Source: Minisyncoccota bacterium (GTDB lineage Bacteria > Patescibacteriota > Minisyncoccia > Phycocordibacterales > PALSA-1337). From it: a DNA stretch of 63,684 bases. Positions 17,916 to 27,670 of this stretch are shown here, one piece after another. The stretch is taken from NCBI GenBank assembly GCA_041665385.1, contig JBAYIX010000004.1, positions 1 to 63,684 of the forward strand. The letters run 5' to 3'. Position 1 is the stretch's first letter. Every line of letters begins with the position of its first letter. The notes under the pieces were generated by a model, which was not told the origin of the DNA, did not search any database, and saw nothing but the letters and a program-made list of their open reading frames with translations. Both the position numbers and the translations under genes were made by a program.

Positions 17916-18027
17916 GTCATGAAAGGTAATTGTGGGCTTTTTGTATGATTTGTGAAGTATTATCAATACTCGGACCCTGCACAACTATTTCAAATTATAC
18001 AAAAAGCCTGCAATTACCTTTCATGAC
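17916..18027. repeat. Nested-palindrome element F (subfamily 1 core, - orientation)
   Basis: The arms are 17916-17946 / 17997-18027: 29 Watson-Crick pairs plus T:G and G:T. The 38-nt interior is the exact reverse complement of element D's interior. The right arm covers the stop and last 4 codons of the 18014 gene. Confidence 0.85.
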
Positions 18028-19204
18028 CATTGTACCATTTGAGCAAATATTTGATACGCTCGTCAAGACTGAAATATTTTTGCACACGCTCGCGTCCGGC
18101 AGCACCAAAGGCCACTGCTTTCGCCTCATCTTTTAGAAATTCGACCATACGGCCTGCGACTTCGCTAGTATTATTCGGGTCTACTACATAGCCGGTCTCT
18201 CCGTGTGCAACGACTTCCTTTGTACCACCATATTTCGTGCCTACGACCGGCTTGCCCGCCGCCATAGCCTCCAGATTGATAGTTGGAAACGGGTCGAGAT
18301 ACAAAGATAGCACGGTTACCAACCGAACAGACAATATTGCACGCTCCATGTCCTCATGACTGAGCCAGCCTAGAAACTTTATACTTTTTTCTATATCGAG
18401 TTCCCTTGCCCGATCATGGATCTTTTTAGCAATATCAGTATCAGCTTTTCCCGCAATGAGGAGAGTTGTATCGGGTACATCTTTCAAAATTTCTTTCATG
18501 GCGGCGAGTGCTACGAAGGCACCCTTTGCTCCCGAAAGTCGCCCGCCGAATAGAACAAAATGATCACTGACAGAGGTCGCCGTGTAAGCGCTCTCAGTAA
18601 TTGGAGCAATGCCATTATGCATCGTCACAACATTTTCAATTCCATTTCTTTGTAGAGCCGTGCGCAAAGCATCACTCACAGCAAACACCCGATAAACATT
18701 TTTTAAATATCTCTTTATTACTATATTACGAAATGGATTATAGCTGGTACGGTATTCCATAAAATCCTTCCACGCAGAATGCGGACGATCTTCTTCCGAG
18801 ATCTTACCGTAAGCAAGGGTCATAGCATCATGGGCAGTCAAAAACACTCTGGCACCGCTTTCTTTTGCCAACTTGAGCGCATAGTAAGAAATATGCTCGT
18901 GGATATTGTGTGCATGGACGACGTCGGGATGTAGATCTCGTACTATTTTTCGAAGCTCTTTTATCAGAGGCTTATTATTGAGACTTTTATACGCCCGCAC
19001 ACGCCGAGGGTAATTGGAATATATCCGATGAATAATAATTCCATTTTCCTCAAAAGTACCAACTTCTTCCTTTTTTTGTACAGAGGTCACAACTACGACT
19101 TCATGACCGAGGGTCCGGAGAACCAGAGCATCACCGTGCGCTATTATGCCCGCACCGCCCTGGGCATGTGGTGGAAAGTCATCGGATAGGATGAGAATGC
19201 GCAT
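18014..19204 (-). CDS. Glycosyltransferase family 4 (GT-B fold)
   Basis: MRILILSDDFPPHAQGGAGI N-terminus and a C-terminal E-x7-E-type region FPTINLEAMAAGKPVVGTKYGGTKEVV. Confidence 0.8.
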   Translation of the reverse strand: MRILILSDDFPPHAQGGAGIIAHGDALVLRTLGHEVVVVTSVQKKEEVGTFEENGIIIHRIYSNYPRRVRAYKSLNNKPLIKELRKIVRDLHPDVVHAHNIHEHISYYALKLAKESGARVFLTAHDAMTLAYGKISEEDRPHSAWKDFMEYRTSYNPFRNIVIKRYLKNVYRVFAVSDALRTALQRNGIENVVTMHNGIAPITESAYTATSVSDHFVLFGGRLSGAKGAFVALAAMKEILKDVPDTTLLIAGKADTDIAKKIHDRARELDIEKSIKFLGWLSHEDMERAILSVRLVTVLSLYLDPFPTINLEAMAAGKPVVGTKYGGTKEVVAHGETGYVVDPNNTSEVAGRMVEFLKDEAKAVAFGAAGRERVQKYFSLDERIKYLLKWYNGHER

Positions 19205-19205
19205 A

Positions 19206-19829
19206 TTATTTCTTCCTGGCTATGATATAGGTATTGGTATATATCCGACCGGGCCTGGAAAAACGATCGAAGAAACAGATGAACTTTTCCACATAACGGA
19301 ATATCCTCTGCTTCGTGGCATGATGCTTTTTGTTGTAAGGGTCAAAGAGGCTAAAGTGCACCATCTCGGAAAGAGTAGAGAAGAGTCCACCATAGCTCTC
19401 GCACTCGATCACTTGGAATCCATTGCTTTCGAAAAGTGAAGTCATACCCTCTTTGGTATATCGGAAATAGTCATGCGGATCGGCATGGAACGGTTGCATG
19501 AAAGGCGCCGAGAGTATACATGTACCACCACTTCGAAGCAGTCTGGAAATCTCTGCGACCATGACCCACGGCATACGCACATGCTCCAAAACCTGCGTGG
19601 AAACAATTGTATCGAAACTCTTGTCTGCAAGCGGAACTTTGTGCACATCACCTACTATGTCTATGTTCGGTCCGGCTACCATGTCGAAGGTTGTGTATTC
19701 TGTAGTTCGAGGCTGTATGAGACCGCGATACTTTGCATTGCCCGCACCAAAGTCCAGAGTCTTCCCGGAAATATGCTGCAGAGAATGTCGGATGACGTCG
19801 CGTGTATGGAGTATGTTTTTATTTGCCAT
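19206..19829 (-). CDS. SAM-dependent methyltransferase (Methyltransf_11-like)
   Basis: TLDFGAGNAKY motif I and FDTIVSTQVLEHV. ATG 19829 overlaps the upstream stop by 11 nt; the track start at 19871 is an extension. Confidence 0.7.
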   Translation of the reverse strand: MANKNILHTRDVIRHSLQHISGKTLDFGAGNAKYRGLIQPRTTEYTTFDMVAGPNIDIVGDVHKVPLADKSFDTIVSTQVLEHVRMPWVMVAEISRLLRSGGTCILSAPFMQPFHADPHDYFRYTKEGMTSLFESNGFQVIECESYGGLFSTLSEMVHFSLFDPYNKKHHATKQRIFRYVEKFICFFDRFSRPGRIYTNTYIIARKK

Positions 19830-22356
19830 TTTGTTTGTTGTCGGACCCATCATAAGTAAATACGATATCATGACTACCCATGGGAATGTAGAGCGCCATG
19901 TAGGTATAGTTTGCTTTCAATATCTCTCTCGGCTTGCCATCTATTGTAGCAGACCAGTCGGGTAGCCAGGTATTGCCGACGAAGAGATACGCATCTTCTG
20001 TGGTAGTTGCCGCAAACTTCATAGTTTTCGAACCGACGATGCCCGCTACGCGAGCAAAGCTTTTATTTCCCGCTTTTACATTTTTCTCCATGTTTTCTAT
20101 CAATATTGTCGGACCAGTACTCGAGGCGATTGCGCTCACATATGACTTGAATATTTCCTCATTATTTTTGCCCGAGAGGTTTCGTACATTCCTCGTCAGG
20201 AAATACCTAGGCCACACATTATTGAGTTCATAAATATAGACAGGCGAATCGCATGAACCGACCTTTTCAAATCCTATTTCCTGCAAATCCGGATCATTAA
20301 TAGCAAAGAAGGATAAGACATATTTGACATTCATAGATCGCAATATGTTTTTACGTTCCGCGAACAATCTAACCTTATCTTCGAGCGAAAGCGGTGCCGA
20401 CCCGATATCCATACCATAGCTGTCCGTCACCGCAAAGCGCGAGCCTGCGTAGCCGATGATATCACTCACACGGACTGGTAAGTATGGTTCATAACCATCA
20501 GCGCTTTCTATGCCATATATCATATTCATGTTTGTCTCCATGAGCTCTTTTCGAAGAAGGAAATCGTCGTGCGAAACTTCCCAATTCCCCGCAGTCGGAT
20601 AGGAACAACGCACCGACTCATTGAACATCGCAAGACCATTCAGAGGAGAAAAGATACGGAAGGGTTGCTGTTTCTCTGCTAAATTTATAGACACATTTTC
20701 CGAAATGTTTTCTTCAGACTTATTTTTATTTTCATTTGCCATTATTATTTCATACGATTTCGGCGGAGTAAGATATTCATTTCTAGGTATCGCATGAACA
20801 TATCCGGCATGTGCCAGAGCGAAATTTAATGCGACGATCACGACAGCATACACACCCAAATTCCTTTGTGACATCTTTTGCAAATTTTTCAACCACCAAA
20901 ATGTGATTACAGACATTGCCACAAAAGTAAGTACACCCAGACTAGCAATAGAAACCTGGCTCAAATAAGTATTCACATATGAATCTATAAGCTTGGTATA
21001 GTGCTCTACTGGTAGTCCAGCGGAAGTCTTACTGTACATATTTGCCATAAAATATTTCTCTGCCACATCTTGGATTTTGCCATGGAAAAATATATGAGCT
21101 ATTGAAAAAGCGGTAATTATAGGCAGAGCTATAATAAGGAATGTCCGTTTCAGCCATTTCAACATCTTTTCTAATCCATTTACAACACTAGCTTTATTGA
21201 CAAGAATATAATCCAGAACAAAGCCCAGATAAAGTGCGATGCAAAAGTCTCCTGCGAACATTATTCGTGGCGCTTCGCGAAAAGTCTTTACAAGTGGTAG
21301 ATAATGAAAAATGTATGTGACGGGAGAATACTTGAGCGAGGCGATCAAAGCAAATAGTCCCATAATCAGAAAGAAACCGGATTCTGAACGCAAGTTCGCT
21401 ATGCGTTTCCAGTTTATGAGTCCGTAGAGAGCGAGGAAGAGAGGTAATATGCCTATATAATTCTGGAATGCCTGAGAATAAGGTATGGGTGAATATGGCA
21501 CACTGAACTGCGGCAAGAGGTAGTGGATAGCGTGGTAAGGCATATAAGCATAGGCAAAAGCAGAAGCCAGGCTTACTCCTTCCAGACGCTGTGTGAGGGG
21601 CAGGAAGTCCTGTATGGCACTTATGAGCGGGTGTCCCACTAGATAAGAGATACCGAACATAAACGCAAACAAAACTACTTCTTCGATCCAAAAGCTCATC
21701 ATGCTTCTGCTATTATCCGGATATTTGAAGCTTACCCAAGTTTTGAACAACCAATACGCCGCGACAAAAATATGCACATAGATCAGGAACTGCACATGGC
21801 CGGACAACCAGCCGATACCGAGCAGAATACCAGTCACAAAAAAAAGTGAGTATTTTTTCATTCTGCCACCTTCATAGGCGATATGGAGTAGGTAAAATGC
21901 GAGTGGTAATAGGCAATAATAAATCGTGATAATAATGGTTTCCGACCACAGCATAACTTGGCCGGCAAAGATATAGATAATTCCAGCCAAAATAGCGGAT
22001 AGATGTGAAAGTCCTATCCGCCTACCAAATAGATATGTGAAAACATATGCTCCCGCTATGAAACTCATATTAAGAAAAACAAAAGCACCCAGAGCATCAA
22101 AAAAGTACGATGCGATGTAGCTTATGGGCGAGAACCATGTAGTAGAGACCGATACCAAGATAGGAAATCCGGAAATTATCCCCTGCTCTATGACATCGGG
22201 TTTGGAGAAAAGTGCGTTGAAATATGGCAAATAGTTTATAAGCACATCGAGATGGGCAAATATCGCATTGGAAAAAATAACCGCACGGAAAACAAAAGCC
22301 ACCACCAGGAGCGGCAGAAGAAAAAGTAAAGTATTTTGCAATTTAAGATTTTTCAT
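19819..22356 (-). CDS. YfhO-like polytopic membrane glycosyltransferase (GT-C type)
   Basis: 845 aa with many TM helices. The C-terminal signature is WLPDWSATIDGKPREILKANYTYMALYIPMGSHDIVFTY, as in YfhO-family proteins. Confidence 0.7.
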   Translation of the reverse strand: MKNLKLQNTLLFLLPLLVVAFVFRAVIFSNAIFAHLDVLINYLPYFNALFSKPDVIEQGIISGFPILVSVSTTWFSPISYIASYFFDALGAFVFLNMSFIAGAYVFTYLFGRRIGLSHLSAILAGIIYIFAGQVMLWSETIIITIYYCLLPLAFYLLHIAYEGGRMKKYSLFFVTGILLGIGWLSGHVQFLIYVHIFVAAYWLFKTWVSFKYPDNSRSMMSFWIEEVVLFAFMFGISYLVGHPLISAIQDFLPLTQRLEGVSLASAFAYAYMPYHAIHYLLPQFSVPYSPIPYSQAFQNYIGILPLFLALYGLINWKRIANLRSESGFFLIMGLFALIASLKYSPVTYIFHYLPLVKTFREAPRIMFAGDFCIALYLGFVLDYILVNKASVVNGLEKMLKWLKRTFLIIALPIITAFSIAHIFFHGKIQDVAEKYFMANMYSKTSAGLPVEHYTKLIDSYVNTYLSQVSIASLGVLTFVAMSVITFWWLKNLQKMSQRNLGVYAVVIVALNFALAHAGYVHAIPRNEYLTPPKSYEIIMANENKNKSEENISENVSINLAEKQQPFRIFSPLNGLAMFNESVRCSYPTAGNWEVSHDDFLLRKELMETNMNMIYGIESADGYEPYLPVRVSDIIGYAGSRFAVTDSYGMDIGSAPLSLEDKVRLFAERKNILRSMNVKYVLSFFAINDPDLQEIGFEKVGSCDSPVYIYELNNVWPRYFLTRNVRNLSGKNNEEIFKSYVSAIASSTGPTILIENMEKNVKAGNKSFARVAGIVGSKTMKFAATTTEDAYLFVGNTWLPDWSATIDGKPREILKANYTYMALYIPMGSHDIVFTYDGSDNKQNGK

Positions 22357-23461
22357 AGAGAGCGATGATGTCCCTCGTAACTTTCGCTATATCATGATCT
22401 TCAGCCCACTTTCTCGCCGCAGTGGAAAAGCGACTTTTTTCATTTAGAAGCACGTGGAGCTTCCCTGCCACCTCATCCGGATTTTTGGGATCGACGACGA
22501 AGCCCGACACGCCGTCACTTATGGCATCTTCCGCGCCAGAATGAGTGGATCCCATAGCGGGTACGCCATAAGCGTTGGCTTCGAGATATACCAGACCAAA
22601 CCCTTCCGGAGCGTTGCCTTCCTGTACAGAAAGCATGAGGAAAACATCTGCCTCGCGGTAGAGTTTACGCTTTTCTTCTTCACTGACACGGCCGAGGAAT
22701 ACGGTATTCTTTTCCAACCCGGCGCTCTCTATCTCATCCTTTAGTTCGTGAAAGTACGTGCTTTCCTGATCACATTTGCCTGCTATACGATATTCAAATT
22801 TGTCTCCGTATTTTTCTCTGTAGACACCGAGAGCCCTCGCCGATTCTATGAGTCCTTTTCTAGGCTTTACAGCACCGAGAAAGAGGATGATCTTCTTTTT
22901 CTCAGTATCCATATTAGAAAATCCCTTATCTACTATAGATGCTGTATCTCCATATTCAGTGAGATCGATACCGTTATTTATGACTGTTATTTTTTCTCCC
23001 GCCAACCGATCACCAAAATCTGTGTGCATCATACTTTTCATATGCTCGCTCGTATACCTGCTCACGGCTATTATTCCCGCCATTTTTTTGTAAACACGAT
23101 AAAAATTCCACAGAGCTATCTTCTTTTTGAGTTTGTCCTCCATCAAACTTGGTATGTAGGAAAATGTACCGTGTGCGGTCATAAACATCTTTGCCCGACC
23201 CGGCTTCAGATACGTGGCAACATTTGCATATGGTTCTACTAGGAAATGAATGATGTCCGGACCGAAAGCTTTTATCTGCTTTTTTATTTTCTTGGATAAG
23301 AGATATATGCTGAGCGGATTTGCTAGGTATTCGAGTGGTTTTCCGGGCTCATACACTAGGACTTCGTGCCCTGCTTTTTTCATCGCACCTACTACATCTT
23401 TGCTATAGCGACTCCAGCCGTCATTACCGTCGAGACTAGTTGTGATAAATAGTATTTTCAT
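22343..23461 (-). CDS. Glycosyltransferase family 4
   Basis: EGFGLVYLEANAYGVPAMGSTHSGAEDAISDGVSGFVVDP. ATG 23461 forms an ATGA overlap with the upstream stop. Confidence 0.8.
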   Translation of the reverse strand: MKILFITTSLDGNDGWSRYSKDVVGAMKKAGHEVLVYEPGKPLEYLANPLSIYLLSKKIKKQIKAFGPDIIHFLVEPYANVATYLKPGRAKMFMTAHGTFSYIPSLMEDKLKKKIALWNFYRVYKKMAGIIAVSRYTSEHMKSMMHTDFGDRLAGEKITVINNGIDLTEYGDTASIVDKGFSNMDTEKKKIILFLGAVKPRKGLIESARALGVYREKYGDKFEYRIAGKCDQESTYFHELKDEIESAGLEKNTVFLGRVSEEEKRKLYREADVFLMLSVQEGNAPEGFGLVYLEANAYGVPAMGSTHSGAEDAISDGVSGFVVDPKNPDEVAGKLHVLLNEKSRFSTAARKWAEDHDIAKVTRDIIALYEKS

Positions 23462-25851
23462 TGAAATATTTTTGGCCACTTGCTATATGAGAACTTTATC
23501 ATATGTTCGCCCGGTGGTACGAGAACAGCTTGATATGCATGATTCGCATAATATATTTTTACAGGCATTCCATCAATATTCGCTTCCCAGCCTGGCACAG
23601 CTTGGTTGCTATATACGAGCCATTTTGGTTCAGCGGAGGAAAAACTCATCTCGACTCCATAAGAATTCTGACGAAGTATCGACGTACTAGCAATATTATC
23701 TTGACCCATATTCACACCACCACAATCATCACATTCTATAAATGTAGTCTTTGCAAAATCAACACTTCGTCTTGTAACCGTATCGAAACTTTCTTGTTCA
23801 GCGTTCTCTTTTAGAAAAACGGTATCGTTTGCAACATATACTCTCGGTAAAACTTCTACATTTTCATAGAGGTACAGTGGCACATCGAACTCAGTCACCA
23901 TGTCCGTCCACACTGGCTTCAACTGAGGACTCTGTATTTGATACGGACTTAACACATATCGAACATTCATCATAGAAAGTATGGGCATTTTTGTCTTGAA
24001 TGATTCGATCTTTTCTTCTGTGCCTGTCCTCTCCACTGTGTTTTCCAAGTACGCAACAATATTTTGATATCTTCGGAAAGCCAATGGTTCATAACCACCG
24101 ACTATAGGTATCTCGGAAAAGATGTTCGTATTTCCCATGAGTGCTTCCCGACTAAAGATGAGACTCTGCCCCTCTTCCTCTGGATGGAGTGCTGTAATAT
24201 TTTGATACTGTGCAAAAGGTACGAGAAAACCAAACACTCTGTAATCATACACACTCACACCCTGACTTTTTATGAAGTCGCCGGCCTTGGAACCACCCTC
24301 GAGTAAAGACCTATCTCCGAGATTCACAGTCTGTGCAGAGACTAAGGTCATGCTGAACACGACTAGAAGAATCATACTATTTTGAAACAATTTCTTTTTA
24401 TGACCTAAAAACAGGAGTCCATATAGACCCGCTATAGACACTATCAGTATCCAAATATTTGGATTTGAAAAAGTCACATTATAAAAGACCTTTTCTGCCA
24501 TGATCTCAATGATCCCATGATAATGCTCTATGGGCAGCTTGATTGTATTCTCATACATATTTTCATCAAAGTACAACTTTACAGTATCGGTTATCCTACC
24601 ACCAAATAAATATATCGCGGCATTCAAAACAATAATTACGCCGATGAAGGTATATAGGAATCGCTTTACCACCGATCTGCTCCTGATCTGAAAATTCGCT
24701 GACACATGGTTCACAAAGTAGTCATATCCGAAACCTGCCACCACGATCAAAGCAAAGTTCCCGATATAAAGCCAGCGAGATTGTTCGACAAAATATTTTA
24801 GAAAAGGCATATTTTTCACAAGGAATAGCAAGGGTGAATATTTTAGCGAAAGAATAAAACAGACGACAAAGAACAACAAGAAAAACAATCCGGCTTTTGG
24901 TAAACTCTTCTTCATCTGGGCAAACACTGCTACAACTGCAAAAAATAGTACCACTATACCTATATATGGACGAAATTCTGTCAAACTAATGTTGGGAATA
25001 TAAAACGTCGGTATGAAATATCGAAATATATCGCTATACCATGCCGACTGATAAACAAGTATTTCTGAGCGAGTAGATACCGCGAATAAACTTACACTGT
25101 GAAGCGCCTGTGGCAATGCCACCACAAATGCTAAAATAAGCGCAACACAAAAGAAAAGTGCCGGCCTAATGTTCAAAAAAAGTGTCCTATTCTTTTGCCA
25201 ACGCACTATTATTTCGTACAAAAGATAAGCTCCTACTCCAATAAGTGCAATGACTATGAACTGATAATGTGTACCGAGGAAAGAAAGCCCTATGACAAAT
25301 CCCAAAGGCAGTGTGTTCCAGTATTTGCCACGTACGATCTTCGCAACGAAATACATGATAGCTGGCAAAAGAAAGACAGCATTTGCAACACTGACGACAG
25401 CGAGCCAAGCCATAGAAAATTGAGAGAAAGTATACGACAGAGAAACAATGACAGCACCATACACACTCACACCTATCTGTCGGGCAAACAAATATGCAAA
25501 TATTGCCGCTCCACAGAAATCTACGAATAACAAGAAATGGTAAGCGAATACGAAGTCAAATAAGTAAAAAAATATATTGTAAAGCGGATTGAAAAATCCT
25601 ATCTGAAATGCCGCTGTCACAGGATAACCGGAAAAAACGAAACCGTTAACCGCATTTCCAAGATAATTATGGAAAAAATAAGCTACTGGATAAGCATAAT
25701 ATGTTGCATCACCATTCAAAAATATTTTTCCAAAAAAAAGGAACGGCGAAAAGAAACATACTAGTATGAATATAAGGAAACATAATGCTTGTTTATCCTT
25801 TAGATCATAAATACTCAACACGGATAAAAATTTTGAAACAATATTTTTCAC
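23458..25851 (-). CDS. YfhO-like polytopic membrane glycosyltransferase (second paralog)
   Basis: 797 aa. The N-terminus reads FLNGDATYYAYPVAYFF and the C-terminus AVPGWEANIDGMPVKIYYANHAYQAVLVPPGEHMIKFSY. Confidence 0.7.
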   Translation of the reverse strand: MKNIVSKFLSVLSIYDLKDKQALCFLIFILVCFFSPFLFFGKIFLNGDATYYAYPVAYFFHNYLGNAVNGFVFSGYPVTAAFQIGFFNPLYNIFFYLFDFVFAYHFLLFVDFCGAAIFAYLFARQIGVSVYGAVIVSLSYTFSQFSMAWLAVVSVANAVFLLPAIMYFVAKIVRGKYWNTLPLGFVIGLSFLGTHYQFIVIALIGVGAYLLYEIIVRWQKNRTLFLNIRPALFFCVALILAFVVALPQALHSVSLFAVSTRSEILVYQSAWYSDIFRYFIPTFYIPNISLTEFRPYIGIVVLFFAVVAVFAQMKKSLPKAGLFFLLFFVVCFILSLKYSPLLFLVKNMPFLKYFVEQSRWLYIGNFALIVVAGFGYDYFVNHVSANFQIRSRSVVKRFLYTFIGVIIVLNAAIYLFGGRITDTVKLYFDENMYENTIKLPIEHYHGIIEIMAEKVFYNVTFSNPNIWILIVSIAGLYGLLFLGHKKKLFQNSMILLVVFSMTLVSAQTVNLGDRSLLEGGSKAGDFIKSQGVSVYDYRVFGFLVPFAQYQNITALHPEEEGQSLIFSREALMGNTNIFSEIPIVGGYEPLAFRRYQNIVAYLENTVERTGTEEKIESFKTKMPILSMMNVRYVLSPYQIQSPQLKPVWTDMVTEFDVPLYLYENVEVLPRVYVANDTVFLKENAEQESFDTVTRRSVDFAKTTFIECDDCGGVNMGQDNIASTSILRQNSYGVEMSFSSAEPKWLVYSNQAVPGWEANIDGMPVKIYYANHAYQAVLVPPGEHMIKFSYSKWPKIFQ

Positions 25852-25852
25852 T

Positions 25853-27670
25853 TTATATGACAGAATATATTACAAAACGCCCGAACCTCGCCTCTTCTTT
25901 TAGGAAGTTGAATATTTTGGAATTCACGTTTGGCTGTTTTTCTGTATCGACAACAAAATAATCAACCCTGTACTTTGTTATGTGCTCATAAATATTCCCT
26001 TTCAAAAATTCTTTGTAGCTTGTTTTTATTTCCTCCTTAACACGGTCAAAATACCCGTCGACCTCCTCCTGGTTCTTTATCTTCTGGAGCCAGGGGTCCG
26101 CACAACAGAACATGTCGCCCCAATCACGAAAAAAGTAGGCTCTCATCCAAAATTCTGATTCATCAATATGATTTTCCAGATCTTTATCGGTCACACCTCG
26201 GAGACGGAGATTTACGAGATAATTGTGCATGATACGCTCCATGGGTACGCCGTTGTAGTTGTAGTACGAATGATACACATCACAGTGTGTGAAGGCCGCA
26301 ACAAAACGGTTAATCTCATTACCATATTCGGAGCTCACATAAACGGTGCAATCTTTGCCTGCATTATTATTTAGCCAATCAAATACCGGTACAAATGTCT
26401 GTTGGTCTCTGTGCGCAATCATAGTTCCGGAAGCAGTGAGAACAGAACGTACACCAATAGTGATGGAAACAAACAGCATGCCTGTTATTCCAGCGACCCA
26501 GAGCCACCTCCACCTAGGCCGGAGAACATTTTCGAGAAGAATGATCATGACTAACATGCCCAAGGGTACTGTATATTGTGCAAAATGCTGAGGCCATACA
26601 GCTATGCCTGTTATTATTTGCTGACAGTAGACTATGAGACATGATAAGACTATTGCCCATAAGTACCACCATACCAATCCTTGCTTTCCATTTTCCTCTG
26701 TCTTATCTTTGCTAATAAAATAAAAATAACAAACAGCAACGATAACAAACACCAAAGTAGAAACTATATTCACCGTCGGCATATGAGTATAGAACATGCC
26801 CGACCGCAGAGGGTCGCTGGTCCCGGAAGATCCTCCGATGGTACCAAGAGCGCCATAGAAATATATTCCGTTTATGATGATCGCAAAGAGGGGTATCGCC
26901 GCGAGATAAAGCGCACGCACCCACTCTTTTTTCCAGACAAAATACAAAGCTAACAACGAAGATATAGTGAGACCTAGTGCAAAAGAAAAGACGTAACCAG
27001 ACATGAGCGATAACACCGCTATGCCACAAGCGGTAATCCACTTCGAAGTTCTACCTTCAAAAGCTTTCCATAAGATAAGAAGTAACGCAGAAAGCATAAC
27101 CATACCTGTCACTGGGTTTACCAGACGAGATAACCACAAGAGTGCCGGTTCATCTTCTCCATGAATGAGGTACGAGAGGAAGTCATTATAATTGATAACA
27201 CTCGCCCCAACAGTTATGAGCAACGCTCCGGCAATGGCGGTGATGACCGATCTCCTCTCCGATATACTATATATAAGCAAATAAATGAAAACAAAGACCA
27301 GTGCTGGCAAGACAAAACGGCTCAAAAAAATAACTGCATTCAAAGAGAGACCTGTGAGCATGCTAGGCAAAGCATAAAACACAAACTCTCCCGTAGGTGG
27401 TATGAGAGCTGTTGAGTCCTTGTATTCGTGAAAAACCGAAGATGCCACGGAATAATGCCCGTCAAATATCTCCTGTATCCTGCCCATGTATTCCCCTTCA
27501 GAATCATTTACCAAATGAGGAAATCCTCGATAATCCGATCCAAGACCGTATATGGAAATGATCTGGGGTGCGCCGTAAACTAGGGCTACCGAAAGTGCGA
27601 TGACAATAGCAACGCGATGTGTCTTCAAGAGGGGCAATATCTTTCCTTTTATTTTTGAAATAATATTCAT
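25853..27670 (-). CDS. Large polytopic membrane protein with a C-terminal soluble domain (uncharacterised, GT-C-like architecture)
   Basis: 605 aa. About 12 hydrophobic segments are followed by a ~200-aa soluble tail ending YRVDYFVVDTEK...RFGRFVIYSV. It is a paralog of the 31662 gene. Confidence 0.5.
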   Translation of the reverse strand: MNIISKIKGKILPLLKTHRVAIVIALSVALVYGAPQIISIYGLGSDYRGFPHLVNDSEGEYMGRIQEIFDGHYSVASSVFHEYKDSTALIPPTGEFVFYALPSMLTGLSLNAVIFLSRFVLPALVFVFIYLLIYSISERRSVITAIAGALLITVGASVINYNDFLSYLIHGEDEPALLWLSRLVNPVTGMVMLSALLLILWKAFEGRTSKWITACGIAVLSLMSGYVFSFALGLTISSLLALYFVWKKEWVRALYLAAIPLFAIIINGIYFYGALGTIGGSSGTSDPLRSGMFYTHMPTVNIVSTLVFVIVAVCYFYFISKDKTEENGKQGLVWWYLWAIVLSCLIVYCQQIITGIAVWPQHFAQYTVPLGMLVMIILLENVLRPRWRWLWVAGITGMLFVSITIGVRSVLTASGTMIAHRDQQTFVPVFDWLNNNAGKDCTVYVSSEYGNEINRFVAAFTHCDVYHSYYNYNGVPMERIMHNYLVNLRLRGVTDKDLENHIDESEFWMRAYFFRDWGDMFCCADPWLQKIKNQEEVDGYFDRVKEEIKTSYKEFLKGNIYEHITKYRVDYFVVDTEKQPNVNSKIFNFLKEEARFGRFVIYSVI

